From contig CAYNYY010000004.1 of the NCBI GenBank assembly GCA_964401625.1, forward strand, positions 1 to 40,888: 40,888 nucleotides of DNA, read 5' to 3'. The position numbers and the translations under genes were made by a program. Positions 8,620-18,934 of this stretch are shown here, one piece after another. Position 1 is the first letter of the stretch; every line of letters starts with the position of its first letter. The stretch comes from an uncultured Candidatus Saccharibacteria bacterium (lineage in GTDB: Bacteria; Patescibacteriota; Minisyncoccia; Phycocordibacterales; UBA9973). The notes under the pieces were generated by a model. That model saw only the letters and a list, made by a program, of their open reading frames with translations. It searched no databases and was not told where the DNA came from.

Positions 8620-9993
8620 ATGAAAAGAAGTATTTTTATATTTTTTGTCGTTTTGCTTTTAGTGTTAGTAGGAATTCCCAAAGTTTCTTCGTCATTTAAT
8701 TGTGTTACAGATTTAAATAGTAGTTCTACTAAAGCTCAAAGACAATACTGCCAGAATGAATTAAATATATTATTAGCTCAAGTAGCAGTTTATAAACAAC
8801 AATTAAGTTCTCAACAAAAACAAACAGGAACTATAAAGGGAGATCTTAATTATCTCACAGGTCAAATAAGAACACTTAATCTAAAAATTAGGTCTAGTAT
8901 ATCTGCAATAGATAGATTGAAATCATCAATAAATTATAAAATATCTACAATAGAAACTTTATCTCAAAAAATAGAAAATAAAAAAAAATCGTTAGCTCAG
9001 TTACTTCGTAACACAAATGAAATAGATAATGAAAATTTGATAGATTTATTATTTTCTAACAATACTCTGTCTAGTTTTTATAGTGATTTAGAAGCCTATG
9101 ATTCTATTAAACAAGAGATAAGAGTTTCTATAGATAGCATAAGGGGAATAAAAACGAAAGCAGAATATCAGAAAATAGATTTACAAAAACAAAAAAATGT
9201 TGAACTTAATGTTAAGACAGCCTTAGAGAGAGATCAAAAAAAGGTATCTGTGAATGAATCTAATAAAAAACAGCTTTTAATTACATCAAAACAAAAAGAA
9301 TCTAAGTATCAAAATATAATAATAGATAGGCAAAAAAGGGCAAGGGATATAAAGGCTAGACTTTTCCAATTAGCAGGTGGTTCATCTCCTATAAAATTTG
9401 CTCTTGCTTTATCTTATGCTGAAGATGCTCAAGCTAGAACAGGAATAGATCCTGCTTTCTTATTGGCCATTTTAACTCAAGAGAGCAGACTTGGGGCAAA
9501 TGTAGGTAAATGTTATTTGACGAATTCCTCAACAGGAAGGGGAATCAGTAGTACTGGAAAAATATGGCCTAATCTTATGAATGTTAAACGTGATGTGCCA
9601 CCATTCTTAGAAATCACTAATAGTTTAGGGTTTAATGCTTTCAAAACTGTTGTCTCTTGCCCTATTGCTGGGATAAAAGGCTATGGAGGAGCTATGGGGC
9701 CAGCACAATTTATTCCCTCAACTTGGAAATTGTTTGAAAAAAGAGTTTCTGCTATCACTGGCTCAAAACCTGCAAATCCATGGTCGGCAAAAGATGCTTT
9801 TATCGCTTCATCTCTTTATCTAACAGACCTAGGAGCAAAAGGAACTAGTACTAGCGCACAGAAAAAAGCAGCTTGCAGATATTATGGTTCTGGAGGTTCA
9901 AATTGTTCATATTCTAGAAGAGTTATAAGTTTGAGAGATAAAATACAAAGTGATATTAATTATTTAAAGAAATATGGAGTAACTAAAAAATAG
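8620..9993 (+). CDS. Secreted coiled-coil protein with C-terminal lytic transglycosylase (SLT-like) domain
   Basis: N-terminal signal/TM segment and a long coiled-coil region. The C-terminal part has LLAILTQES (catalytic Glu context) and GAMGPAQFIPSTW, typical of MltB/SLT_2-type enzymes. Confidence 0.8.
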   Translation: MKRSIFIFFVVLLLVLVGIPKVSSSFNCVTDLNSSSTKAQRQYCQNELNILLAQVAVYKQQLSSQQKQTGTIKGDLNYLTGQIRTLNLKIRSSISAIDRLKSSINYKISTIETLSQKIENKKKSLAQLLRNTNEIDNENLIDLLFSNNTLSSFYSDLEAYDSIKQEIRVSIDSIRGIKTKAEYQKIDLQKQKNVELNVKTALERDQKKVSVNESNKKQLLITSKQKESKYQNIIIDRQKRARDIKARLFQLAGGSSPIKFALALSYAEDAQARTGIDPAFLLAILTQESRLGANVGKCYLTNSSTGRGISSTGKIWPNLMNVKRDVPPFLEITNSLGFNAFKTVVSCPIAGIKGYGGAMGPAQFIPSTWKLFEKRVSAITGSKPANPWSAKDAFIASSLYLTDLGAKGTSTSAQKKAACRYYGSGGSNCSYSRRVISLRDKIQSDINYLKKYGVTKK

Positions 9994-10004
9994 TGATTTC
10001 ATTG

Positions 10005-10033
10005 AAATGCGCAAGAACGGTTCTTGCGCATTT
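10005..10033. repeat. Palindromic hairpin element, TGCGC subtype (copy 3 of 5)
   Basis: AAATGCGCAAGAAC-G-GTTCTTGCGCATTT has perfect 14-bp arms and starts 12 nt after the stop of the 8620-9993 gene. Confidence 0.85.
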
Positions 10034-10075
10034 ATTTGCCAATATTAAAGAGGTGTGATAAGATACAAATTACTT

Positions 10076-10294
10076 ATGAAAAAAGATATACATCCAAAAT
10101 ATAATAATAAAGCAAAAGTGACTTGCGCTTGTGGGGCAAGTTTTGTAGTTGGTTCGGTGATGGATGAAATTAAAGTTGAGGTCTGTAGTGCCTGTCATCC
10201 ATTTTATACTGGTAATAAAAAAATTCTTGATACAGCTGGTCGCGTGGATCGTTTCAAAAAAAGAGTAGCTGCATCAAAAAAACTTAAAAAATAA
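10076..10294 (+). CDS. rpmE: Ribosomal protein L31 (Zn-binding type A)
   Basis: Canonical MKKDIHPKY start and [10 protein letters not shown]. The track's GTG start at 10055 adds 7 non-conserved residues. Confidence 0.92.
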   Translation: MKKDIHPKYNNKAKVTCACGASFVVGSVMDEIKVEVCSACHPFYTGNKKILDTAGRVDRFKKRVAASKKLKK

Positions 10295-10380
10295 ATAAAA
10301 AACACAAAATGTTATTTTTAATGGGAGTTTGTAAATTAAGTTAAACAAACAACAAAGAATATATTTTGTGTTTTTTATTT
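10293..10380. repeat. 18-bp perfect inverted repeat enclosing a 52-nt spacer with an inner hairpin
   Basis: AAATAAAAAACACAAAAT (10293-10310) pairs with ATTTTGTGTTTTTTATTT (10363-10380). The inner stem is GTTTGT (10327-10332) with ACAAAC (10345-10350). The left arm overlaps the rpmE stop and the right arm abuts the prfA extended -10 box. Confidence 0.75.
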
Positions 10381-10401
10381 GTTATAATTTAAATATCTAA
10401 T

Positions 10402-11361
10402 ATGACTTTAAATTTAGAACAATTAAAAAAGGATAAAAAGACTAATTATTTTGTTGAAGAATATGAGCGTCTTTGTAATGAGGAAAAAAAAGTTAATGAA
10501 ATATTAGAACAAGACAAGTCTATGTATGATTTAGTTAACGAAGAATTAAAAAATATTAATCTTCAAAAAAATATTATTGAAAAACAGTTAGAAGAAATTC
10601 TTAAAAAAGATGAAGAAGACAAAGAATACTCTAATGAAATTATATTAGAAGTCAGAGCTGGAGCTGGAGGAGATGAAGCTTCTTTGTTTGCTTGGGAATT
10701 AGCACGAATGTATGAAAGATTTACAGAAAATAAAAAATGGACTTGGAAAGCTATAAACGAATCTAGTAATGATATTGGAGGTTATAAAGAGGCTTCCTTT
10801 GAAATAAAAGGTAGAGATGCTTATAAACTTTTAAGACATGAGACAGGCGTTCATCGAGTCCAACGAATCCCTGCAACAGAAAAAAATGGACGAATCCATA
10901 CTTCTACAGCTTCAGTAGCAATATTACCCTTAAAAAAGAAGACAAAAATAATAATTAATCCTAATGATATAGATATTGAATATTCAAGATCGGGCGGGGC
11001 AGGGGGACAGAATGTGAATAAGGTAGAAACGGCCGTTAGACTAATTCATAAAGAAACAGGTATTGATGTACGTTGTACTACTGAAAGAAATCAATTGGCT
11101 AATAGAGAAAAAGCTATGATAATTTTAGCTTCAAAATTACAGGTAAAAAAAGATGAAGAAGAAGCAAAAAAATATTCTCAAAATCGTAAGAACCAAATTG
11201 GGACAGCTGACCGTTCTGAAAAAATAAGAACATACAACTTTCCACAAGATAGAGTAACAGATCATCGCATCAAACAATCATGGTCTAATGTCCCTAAAAT
11301 AATGGAAGGGGATATAGATAAAATTATAAATGCTTTACAAGAAGAAGAAAAACAACGTTAA
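10402..11361 (+). CDS. prfA: Peptide chain release factor 1
   Basis: GGQ motif ([20 protein letters not shown]) and the RF1-specific PAT tripeptide (VQRIPATE). At 319 aa its N-terminus is shorter than typical. Confidence 0.93.
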   Translation: MTLNLEQLKKDKKTNYFVEEYERLCNEEKKVNEILEQDKSMYDLVNEELKNINLQKNIIEKQLEEILKKDEEDKEYSNEIILEVRAGAGGDEASLFAWELARMYERFTENKKWTWKAINESSNDIGGYKEASFEIKGRDAYKLLRHETGVHRVQRIPATEKNGRIHTSTASVAILPLKKKTKIIINPNDIDIEYSRSGGAGGQNVNKVETAVRLIHKETGIDVRCTTERNQLANREKAMIILASKLQVKKDEEEAKKYSQNRKNQIGTADRSEKIRTYNFPQDRVTDHRIKQSWSNVPKIMEGDIDKIINALQEEEKQR

Positions 11362-11634
11362 ATAGAACTGGATTTGACAAAATTATATAATATATGCGAA
11401 CTATTGTTATTTATCTTTACTTATGTTATGCTAGACGATAGTAGTTTGCTTATGTTTTGGTATTTATTTCATTCTTCGTATGTGTTAAACATTGAGGTAT
11501 GTAGATGAAAATCGGCTTATGCGATTACATTTATAAATCTCCGACTTAAAAATCGGAATCCGAATTCGAATCGGAAAGTTAATTTTTGTAAAATTGTATT
11601 TCTAAAGTAAAATTTTACAAGCATATTGTCATAT

Positions 11635-11901
11635 ATGGCAAAGAAATTATATGTAGGTGGTCTTCCTTATCAGACTACTAATGATGAGCTTAAGACTCAT
11701 TTTGAAGCTGTAGGTCCAGTTATCTCAGCAACTATTATTATGGATAAAATGACCGGTCGCTCAAAAGGTTTTGGCTTCGTTGAAATGGAAAACGACGCTG
11801 ATGCTGAAAAGGCTATCTCAATGTATGACGGAAAAGATTACGAAGGTCGTAATCTTACCGTAAACGAAGCTCGCCCTATGGAACCTCGTCAACAAAGATA
11901 A
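11635..11901 (+). CDS. RRM-type (RNP-1/RNP-2) RNA-binding protein
   Basis: RNP-2 KLYVGGL and RNP-1 KGFGFVEM. The ~89-aa single RRM resembles cyanobacterial Rbp proteins. I prefer the ATG at 11635 to the upstream TTG. Confidence 0.88.
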   Translation: MAKKLYVGGLPYQTTNDELKTHFEAVGPVISATIIMDKMTGRSKGFGFVEMENDADAEKAISMYDGKDYEGRNLTVNEARPMEPRQQR

Positions 11902-11914
11902 TAATCTTAAAAAA

Positions 11915-11949
11915 TAAAATCCCTTACTCAAAAGAGTAAGGGATTTTAT
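11915..11949. terminator. Bidirectional intrinsic terminator
   Basis: ATAAAATCCCTTACTC-AAAA-GAGTAAGGGATTTTAT with flanking A and T runs, between the RRM gene (+) and tRNA-Ile (-). Confidence 0.8.
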
Positions 11950-11959
11950 TTTTATAGTG

Positions 11960-12031
11960 TGCGTGTGCTTGGAATCGAACCAAGGACCTCTGTCTTATCA
12001 GGACAGCGTTCTACCCCTGAACTACACACGC
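11960..12031 (-). tRNA. tRNA-Ile (anticodon GAU)
   Basis: The reverse complement reads GCGTGTG-TA-GTTCAGGGGTAGAAC-G-CTGTC-CTGATAA-GACAG-AGGTC-CTTGG-TTCGATT-CCAAG-CACACGC-A. This is a 72-nt cloverleaf. Confidence 0.93.
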
Positions 12032-12119
12032 AAGAAAACATATAATTAATTAGTATTCTATCATAATAAAATAAATTACACATTAGAATATAAAGCACTT
12101 GGATTAATATAGCAAAAAC

Positions 12120-12148
12120 TTGAAAATATCGCAATTATTTGTTAAAGT
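12120..12148 (+). promoter_or_regulatory. Candidate atp operon promoter
   Basis: TTGAAA (12120-12125), a 17-nt spacer that ends in the extended-10 TGt (12140-12142), then TAAAGT (12143-12148), about 30 nt upstream of the atpZ ATG. Confidence 0.45.
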
Positions 12149-12178
12149 ATAGCTGACTTTAAAGTCTTGTTTTAAGAT

Positions 12179-12433
12179 ATGGATAATAAAAAGAATAAAA
12201 AACCTTGGTGGGAACCTGGATTAGCCTTATTTTTTAGGATATTTACTTCAACGGTAATACCTATTATTTTGGCTTTATATATAGGTAAATACCTTGATGA
12301 TAAATATCATACGACACCTTGGATATTTTTAGGGTTAACTTTAATCGCTTTTTTAATATCAATTATTTTAATCTGGAGAAATCTCTCAAAATATATGAAA
12401 AATGTTGAGAAAGAAGTTAAAGATAAAAAATAA
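12179..12433 (+). CDS. atpZ: AtpZ/AtpI-like small membrane protein of the ATP synthase operon
   Basis: 84 aa with two TM helices, the PWW..GLALFFRI..YIGKYLD pattern, and position as the first gene of the atp operon. Confidence 0.75.
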   Translation: MDNKKNKKPWWEPGLALFFRIFTSTVIPIILALYIGKYLDDKYHTTPWIFLGLTLIAFLISIILIWRNLSKYMKNVEKEVKDKK

Positions 12434-12439
12434 TAATTT

Positions 12440-13342
12440 ATGATCTCTCAAGTTGCTAATAATCGAAATTTTCTGGCTGTTAAAAATATGAGAACTGAAA
12501 TATCCCATAATCCAACCCTTTTTGCTGAACCTATTTTTAATATCGGGAGTTTTACGGTAACAAATTCTTTGTTTACTAGCTGGATTGTTGTAGTAATTAT
12601 TATTTTTGTTACTATAATTATTAAATTCAAAATTAAACAAATTCCCAAAGGTATTCAAAACTTATCTGAAATTATAATTGAGGAATCGGAATTATTGTGT
12701 GACCAAGTCACAAATAATCGTAAAATTACTGACCAAGCTTTCCCAATTGTTTTTAGTATCTTTATAATTGTTCTCTTAAATAATTGGATAGGTATTTTAC
12801 CTTTAGGAGGTTTTGGTTTTGTTGAAATGAGTGAACATGGTAAAGTATTTATTCCATTTATTCGTAGTGGTACTGCTGATATAAATGGAACCTTGGCTTT
12901 AGCTGTTTTATCAGTTGTTGGTGCTAATATTTTTGGCATTACTTCAATTGGACTATGGAAAACTATCAATAAATATGTTAATCTAAGAAGTCTTGGCAAA
13001 ATTTTTACCAAGATTCGAAAAGACCCAATGGTTTTAATGGTAGCTCCAATTATGTTTATCGTTGGACTAATTGAGTTTATAGGGGAATTTGCTAAAGTTG
13101 CTTCACTATCTTTCCGTCTCTTTGGAAATGTTTTTGCTGGTGAAGTTTTATTAGCCTCAATGGGAGCAATAATCGCTTATGTATTACCAACACCTTTTTT
13201 ATTACTTGAAATTTTTGTTGGACTCATTCAAGCCTTTATATTTGCTATCTTAACTTTAGTTTATTACACAATAGCTAGTTTAGAAGAAGAGGAAGAAGAG
13301 GAAGAGCATAAAAAAGAAAGTAAATTAATCAGTGGGCATTAA
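12440..13342 (+). CDS. atpB: F0F1 ATP synthase subunit a
   Basis: SFRLFGNVFAGEVLL carries the essential Arg, and the protein is multi-TM. The start is uncertain (12440 or the ATG at 12488). It has an unusual C-terminal EEEEEEEE tail. Confidence 0.9.
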   Translation: MISQVANNRNFLAVKNMRTEISHNPTLFAEPIFNIGSFTVTNSLFTSWIVVVIIIFVTIIIKFKIKQIPKGIQNLSEIIIEESELLCDQVTNNRKITDQAFPIVFSIFIIVLLNNWIGILPLGGFGFVEMSEHGKVFIPFIRSGTADINGTLALAVLSVVGANIFGITSIGLWKTINKYVNLRSLGKIFTKIRKDPMVLMVAPIMFIVGLIEFIGEFAKVASLSFRLFGNVFAGEVLLASMGAIIAYVLPTPFLLLEIFVGLIQAFIFAILTLVYYTIASLEEEEEEEEHKKESKLISGH

Positions 13343-13374
13343 TTCTATTGTGATAAAAGGTCAATTATTATTAA

Positions 13375-13605
<231 letters not shown>

Positions 13606-13711
13606 TTTGGCTATTTATATCTAGTCATTTGTCTTTTGATTAAAATGGCTAGGAATAAGGAGCGAAAACTTTTTAATTTCATTGTTTCTTAAATACGTTA
13701 ATATATACATT

Positions 13712-14200
13712 ATGCATTCATTTATTCAAACATTTCATATTGACTGGAGAATCCTGTTAGCTCAAACTATTAATTTTGTTGTTGTTATTGGTTTTATATA
13801 TTATTTGACACTTAAACCTATCAAAAAATTAATGAATGAGCGCACGGAAAGAATTGAGAAGGGAATTAATGATGCAAAAACTAATGCTGAATTATTAGAT
13901 AAAACTCAAAAAGAATATGATTCTATTTTATCTAAGGCTCGAATAGAAGCTAATAAAATTTTTCAAGATGGAAAAAAGGAAGCTGAGGCTAATAAAAATC
14001 AAATTATACAATCAACCAAACAAGACGTAGATATAATGATAGTTAATGGTAAAAAAGTTCTTGAATCAGAAAAAGTAAAAATGGTAGAAGAAGCAAAAAA
14101 TGAGATTGTTTCTCTGGTCGTTACAGCTACTGAGAAATTATTGGAATTAAATCCTGATGAATCTTTTAATGAAAAAATTGTACAAAAAATAAATAAATAA
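13712..14200 (+). CDS. atpF: F0F1 ATP synthase subunit b
   Basis: Single N-terminal TM helix followed by a long charged helix, in operon position. I prefer the ATG at 13712 to the TTG at 13682. Confidence 0.85.
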   Translation: MHSFIQTFHIDWRILLAQTINFVVVIGFIYYLTLKPIKKLMNERTERIEKGINDAKTNAELLDKTQKEYDSILSKARIEANKIFQDGKKEAEANKNQIIQSTKQDVDIMIVNGKKVLESEKVKMVEEAKNEIVSLVVTATEKLLELNPDESFNEKIVQKINK

Positions 14201-14204
14201 TTCT

Positions 14205-14609
14205 ATGGCAATAACAATCAAAAATTTAGCATATGCAATATATGAATCATCAAAAGGAAAAGATGAGGAGGAGTTAAATATTTTAGTGGAAAATATTATA
14301 ATATTTCTTAATAAGAAACAGATGCTAAATAAATCCGACAAAATTCTATCGGCCCTTGGAGAAATAATAGATGAGGCAAATAGAATAACTAGAATTAAAA
14401 TAAGTAGTCGTTCTAAAATTTCTAATGAGCTAATTAAAGGGATTGAAGAGTTTATTAAAAAGAAGTATAAATCTAAGGAGGTAAAATTAACAATCAATGA
14501 AGATTCAAAGTTACTAGGCGGAATTAAGATAGAAATTGGAGACGAGATATTAGATACAACTCTTTATAATAAAATTAATAAATTACAAACCTATCTAATA
14601 GAAAATTAA
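14205..14609 (+). CDS. atpH: F0F1 ATP synthase subunit delta (short form)
   Basis: The C-terminal LLGGIKIEIGDEILDTTLYNKINKLQ matches the OSCP/delta C-terminus, and the gene is in operon position. It is only 134 aa. Confidence 0.8.
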   Translation: MAITIKNLAYAIYESSKGKDEEELNILVENIIIFLNKKQMLNKSDKILSALGEIIDEANRITRIKISSRSKISNELIKGIEEFIKKKYKSKEVKLTINEDSKLLGGIKIEIGDEILDTTLYNKINKLQTYLIEN

Positions 14610-14612
14610 AAT

Positions 14613-16115
14613 ATGGCAAAAAATAATATCGTAGAAAATTTAAGAAAGCAAATAGAAAAATTCAAAGAGGATACTAAATTTGAAAAAATTGGACATGTTG
14701 TTGAGGTATTTGATGGTATCGCTAAGTTATCTGGTTTAGCTGATTTAAAAGCTTCTGAAATGGTATCGTTCCAAAATGGTGAGGTAGGAGTAGCTTTGAA
14801 TCTTGAAGAAGATTCTGTTGGAGTTATTATTTTAGGAGATTTCTCAAAAATTAGAGAAGGTGACGAAGTTAAATCAACTGGTAAAATTCTTGAAGTCCCT
14901 GTTTCTTCTCTCCAAATAGGCCGAGTTTTGAATGCTCTTGGTGAACCGATTGATGGTAAGGCTAAAATCAGAACTAATGATTATAATCCTATTGAAAAAG
15001 TAGCTCCTGGAGTGATTACACGAGAATCTGTCAGTCAAGCTGTCCAAACAGGTATTAAAGCAATTGATACTCTTATCCCAATTGGACGAGGACAGCGTGA
15101 ACTTATTATCGGAGATAGACAAACTGGTAAAACTGCAATTGCTATTGATACGATTTTAAACCAGAAAGGTCAAGATATGATTTGTATTTATGTTTCAATT
15201 GGCCAAAAAGATTCTAAACTACGAAAACTTCAAATTCGCTTAGAAGAAGGTGGAGCAATGGAATATACTATTATCGTTTCTGCTGGAGCATCAGAATCAG
15301 CAGCTTTAGCTTATATTGCTCCTTATGCTGGAATTGCAATCGCCGAATATTTCATGGATCAAGGTAAAGATATTCTAATTATTTATGATGATCTCTCAAA
15401 ACATGCTGTAGCTTATCGTGAAATATCATTATTACTTCGTCGTCCACCAGGGCGTGAAGCTTTTCCTGGAGATGTATTTTATTTGCATTCACGTTTACTT
15501 GAACGTGCTTGTCGTAGAAACAAAGAATATGGAGGAGGGTCTATTACGGCTCTACCAATTATTGAAACTCAATCAGGAGATGTTTCTGCTTATATCCCAA
15601 CGAATGTTATTTCAATTACAGATGGACAAATTTTTCTTGAAACAGATTTATTTTATAAAGGAATCCGACCGGCTGTTAATGTGGGGCTTTCTGTTTCTCG
15701 AGTAGGATCGTCTGCCCAGATTAAGGCGATGAAAAAAGTTTCAGGAACATTGAAACTTGATTTGGCTCAATTTAGAGAACTTGAAGCTTTTGCCCAGTTT
15801 GGTTCAGACCTTGATGAAAATACTAAAAATCAATTAGAGCGAGGTAAAAGAGCAGTTGAGGTTCTTAAACAACCACAATATGCACCAGTTGGAACAGAAG
15901 ATCAAGTTGTAACTCTTTATGCTCTGACAAAAGGATATATGGATAAAATTGATATTGATAAAATTAAAGAATTTGAGGAAGGTCTAATTGAATATGCTAA
16001 AAGAAATGCAAAAACGTTTTATAAAGAAATAAATACAGAAAAAATGTGGACTGAAGCTGGAGAATCCGAATTAATAAAAACAATAAAAGAATTTACAGAC
16101 TCATTTATCAAATAA
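14613..16115 (+). CDS. atpA: F0F1 ATP synthase subunit alpha
   Basis: Walker A GDRQTGKT and conserved alpha blocks ([26 protein letters not shown]). Confidence 0.97.
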   Translation: MAKNNIVENLRKQIEKFKEDTKFEKIGHVVEVFDGIAKLSGLADLKASEMVSFQNGEVGVALNLEEDSVGVIILGDFSKIREGDEVKSTGKILEVPVSSLQIGRVLNALGEPIDGKAKIRTNDYNPIEKVAPGVITRESVSQAVQTGIKAIDTLIPIGRGQRELIIGDRQTGKTAIAIDTILNQKGQDMICIYVSIGQKDSKLRKLQIRLEEGGAMEYTIIVSAGASESAALAYIAPYAGIAIAEYFMDQGKDILIIYDDLSKHAVAYREISLLLRRPPGREAFPGDVFYLHSRLLERACRRNKEYGGGSITALPIIETQSGDVSAYIPTNVISITDGQIFLETDLFYKGIRPAVNVGLSVSRVGSSAQIKAMKKVSGTLKLDLAQFRELEAFAQFGSDLDENTKNQLERGKRAVEVLKQPQYAPVGTEDQVVTLYALTKGYMDKIDIDKIKEFEEGLIEYAKRNAKTFYKEINTEKMWTEAGESELIKTIKEFTDSFIK

Positions 16116-16120
16116 TTAAT

Positions 16121-17068
16121 ATGACTGGAACAAAAGAAATAAAAAGAAGAATAAAAAGTGTTAAAAGCACAAAAAAGATAACTAAGGCAATGGAAATGGT
16201 TGCTGCTTCCAAAATGAAAAGGGCTGTTTCTCAGACTTTATCATCGCGCCTTTATGCTTCTTATTCATGGGATATTTTAACTTCTATCTCAGAATCTGAT
16301 ATCTCCCAAATGGAAGATATTACTAACCCTTTTTTTATAAATTCTGATAAAAAATTAATTGATAAAAAAATATTAATTGTTTTGATTACATCTAATAGGG
16401 GACTTTGTGGTGGATATAATTCTCAAATAATAAAAAAATCAATCTCAATGTTAAAAGAAATAAAATTATCTGATGTTGATATTGTTAGTGTTGGTAAAAA
16501 AGGTGATAGTGCAATGCGTAGAATTGGACAAAATATCATTGCTACATTTAGTGATTTTTCTGAAGATGTGAATCTTAAAAAAATTACTCCGCTTTCAATT
16601 TTTTTAACAAATGAATTTAAAAATAATAACTATAAAAAAATTTATATCGCTTATACGGATTTCATCTCAGCATTAAGTCAAAAAGCTAATATAAAACAAC
16701 TTTTACCTATATCAAGGGATAATTTAGAAGAAGTTATTGAAGAATTGGATAATTCTTCAAGAGAGAAAATCAATGAAAATTCTGAAGATATTTCTATAAA
16801 TAAAAATAAGCAGTTATATTTATTTGAAGGAGATGTAAATAAACTTTTAAATTCTCTAGCAGAAAAATTAGTTAGAATGCAAGTTTACCAAATGGTTCTT
16901 GAATCAAATGCTTCAGAACAATCATCAAGAATGGTAGCAATGAAAAATGCAAGTGAAGCCGCTGGAGATATGATAGATGATTTAACTCTAATGTTCAATA
17001 AGGCTAGACAATCTGGAATTACCAGGGAAATATCAGAAATAAGTGCTGGGATGGCAACTGTAAATTAA
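16121..17068 (+). CDS. atpG: F0F1 ATP synthase subunit gamma
   Basis: N-terminal IKRRIKSVKSTKKITKAMEMVAASKM and C-terminal ITREISEISAG. Confidence 0.93.
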   Translation: MTGTKEIKRRIKSVKSTKKITKAMEMVAASKMKRAVSQTLSSRLYASYSWDILTSISESDISQMEDITNPFFINSDKKLIDKKILIVLITSNRGLCGGYNSQIIKKSISMLKEIKLSDVDIVSVGKKGDSAMRRIGQNIIATFSDFSEDVNLKKITPLSIFLTNEFKNNNYKKIYIAYTDFISALSQKANIKQLLPISRDNLEEVIEELDNSSREKINENSEDISINKNKQLYLFEGDVNKLLNSLAEKLVRMQVYQMVLESNASEQSSRMVAMKNASEAAGDMIDDLTLMFNKARQSGITREISEISAGMATVN

Positions 17069-17089
17069 AAAATTATTATTAATTATTAA

Positions 17090-18454
<1,365 letters not shown>

Positions 18455-18460
18455 AGTTAT

Positions 18461-18904
18461 ATGGCAAAAAAATTACAATTAAAAATTGTTACTCCTGAAC
18501 GTCTAATCCTAGATGAGCGAATTGATAGTGTTACTATTCCAACAACAGAAGGAGAAATCACGGTTTTAGCAGAGCATATTCCAATTATTACTGCATTGTC
18601 TTCTGGTAGTATTGTCGCTATTTCTGAAGGAGAAAATATCCCAATAGCCGTTGTTGGTGGTTTTGTTGAAGTAAGAAAAGAAAAAAATAAAACAATTGTC
18701 GCTATTTTAGCTGATTTTGCTGAACATATTTCAGAAATTTCTGAAGAGGAAATTGAAAAAGCAAAAGCCAAAGCCAAAGAATTAAAAAGACAAGCTGAAA
18801 ATAATGAAATTGTTGATTTTGAACACTTTGAATCTGAGCTGGAACGATCTTTAACTAGGGTTAAGGTTGCTGATAAATGGAGAAAAAGGAAATATAGGGA
18901 ATAA
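18461..18904 (+). CDS. atpC: F0F1 ATP synthase subunit epsilon
   Basis: LKIVTPE N-terminal beta-sandwich pattern plus a C-terminal helical hairpin. It is the last gene of the operon. Confidence 0.88.
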   Translation: MAKKLQLKIVTPERLILDERIDSVTIPTTEGEITVLAEHIPIITALSSGSIVAISEGENIPIAVVGGFVEVRKEKNKTIVAILADFAEHISEISEEEIEKAKAKAKELKRQAENNEIVDFEHFESELERSLTRVKVADKWRKRKYRE

Positions 18905-18934
18905 TTTAATTCAATATCTTTATATAATATAATA

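Noticed and set aside
10011-10027. The GAAC-N-GTTC core of the hairpin family as a LexA (Cheo-box-like) SOS operator.
   Set aside because: The Gram-positive-type LexA box needs a 4-nt spacer between GAAC and GTTC, whereas here the spacer is 1 nt. In addition, all copies lie at 3' ends of genes rather than in promoters of repair genes.
11952-12134. 60-aa ORF on the minus strand.
   Set aside because: It overlaps the tRNA-Ile gene (11960-12031) and the divergent promoter region. The tRNA cloverleaf explains the sequence.
13657-13662. The Shine-Dalgarno-like AAGGAG upstream of atpF, and AAGGTGGAG at about 29360-29368.
   Set aside because: The first is about 50 nt from the atpF ATG. The second has no start codon within 5-12 nt on the plus strand. 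Neither is positioned to function as an SD site.
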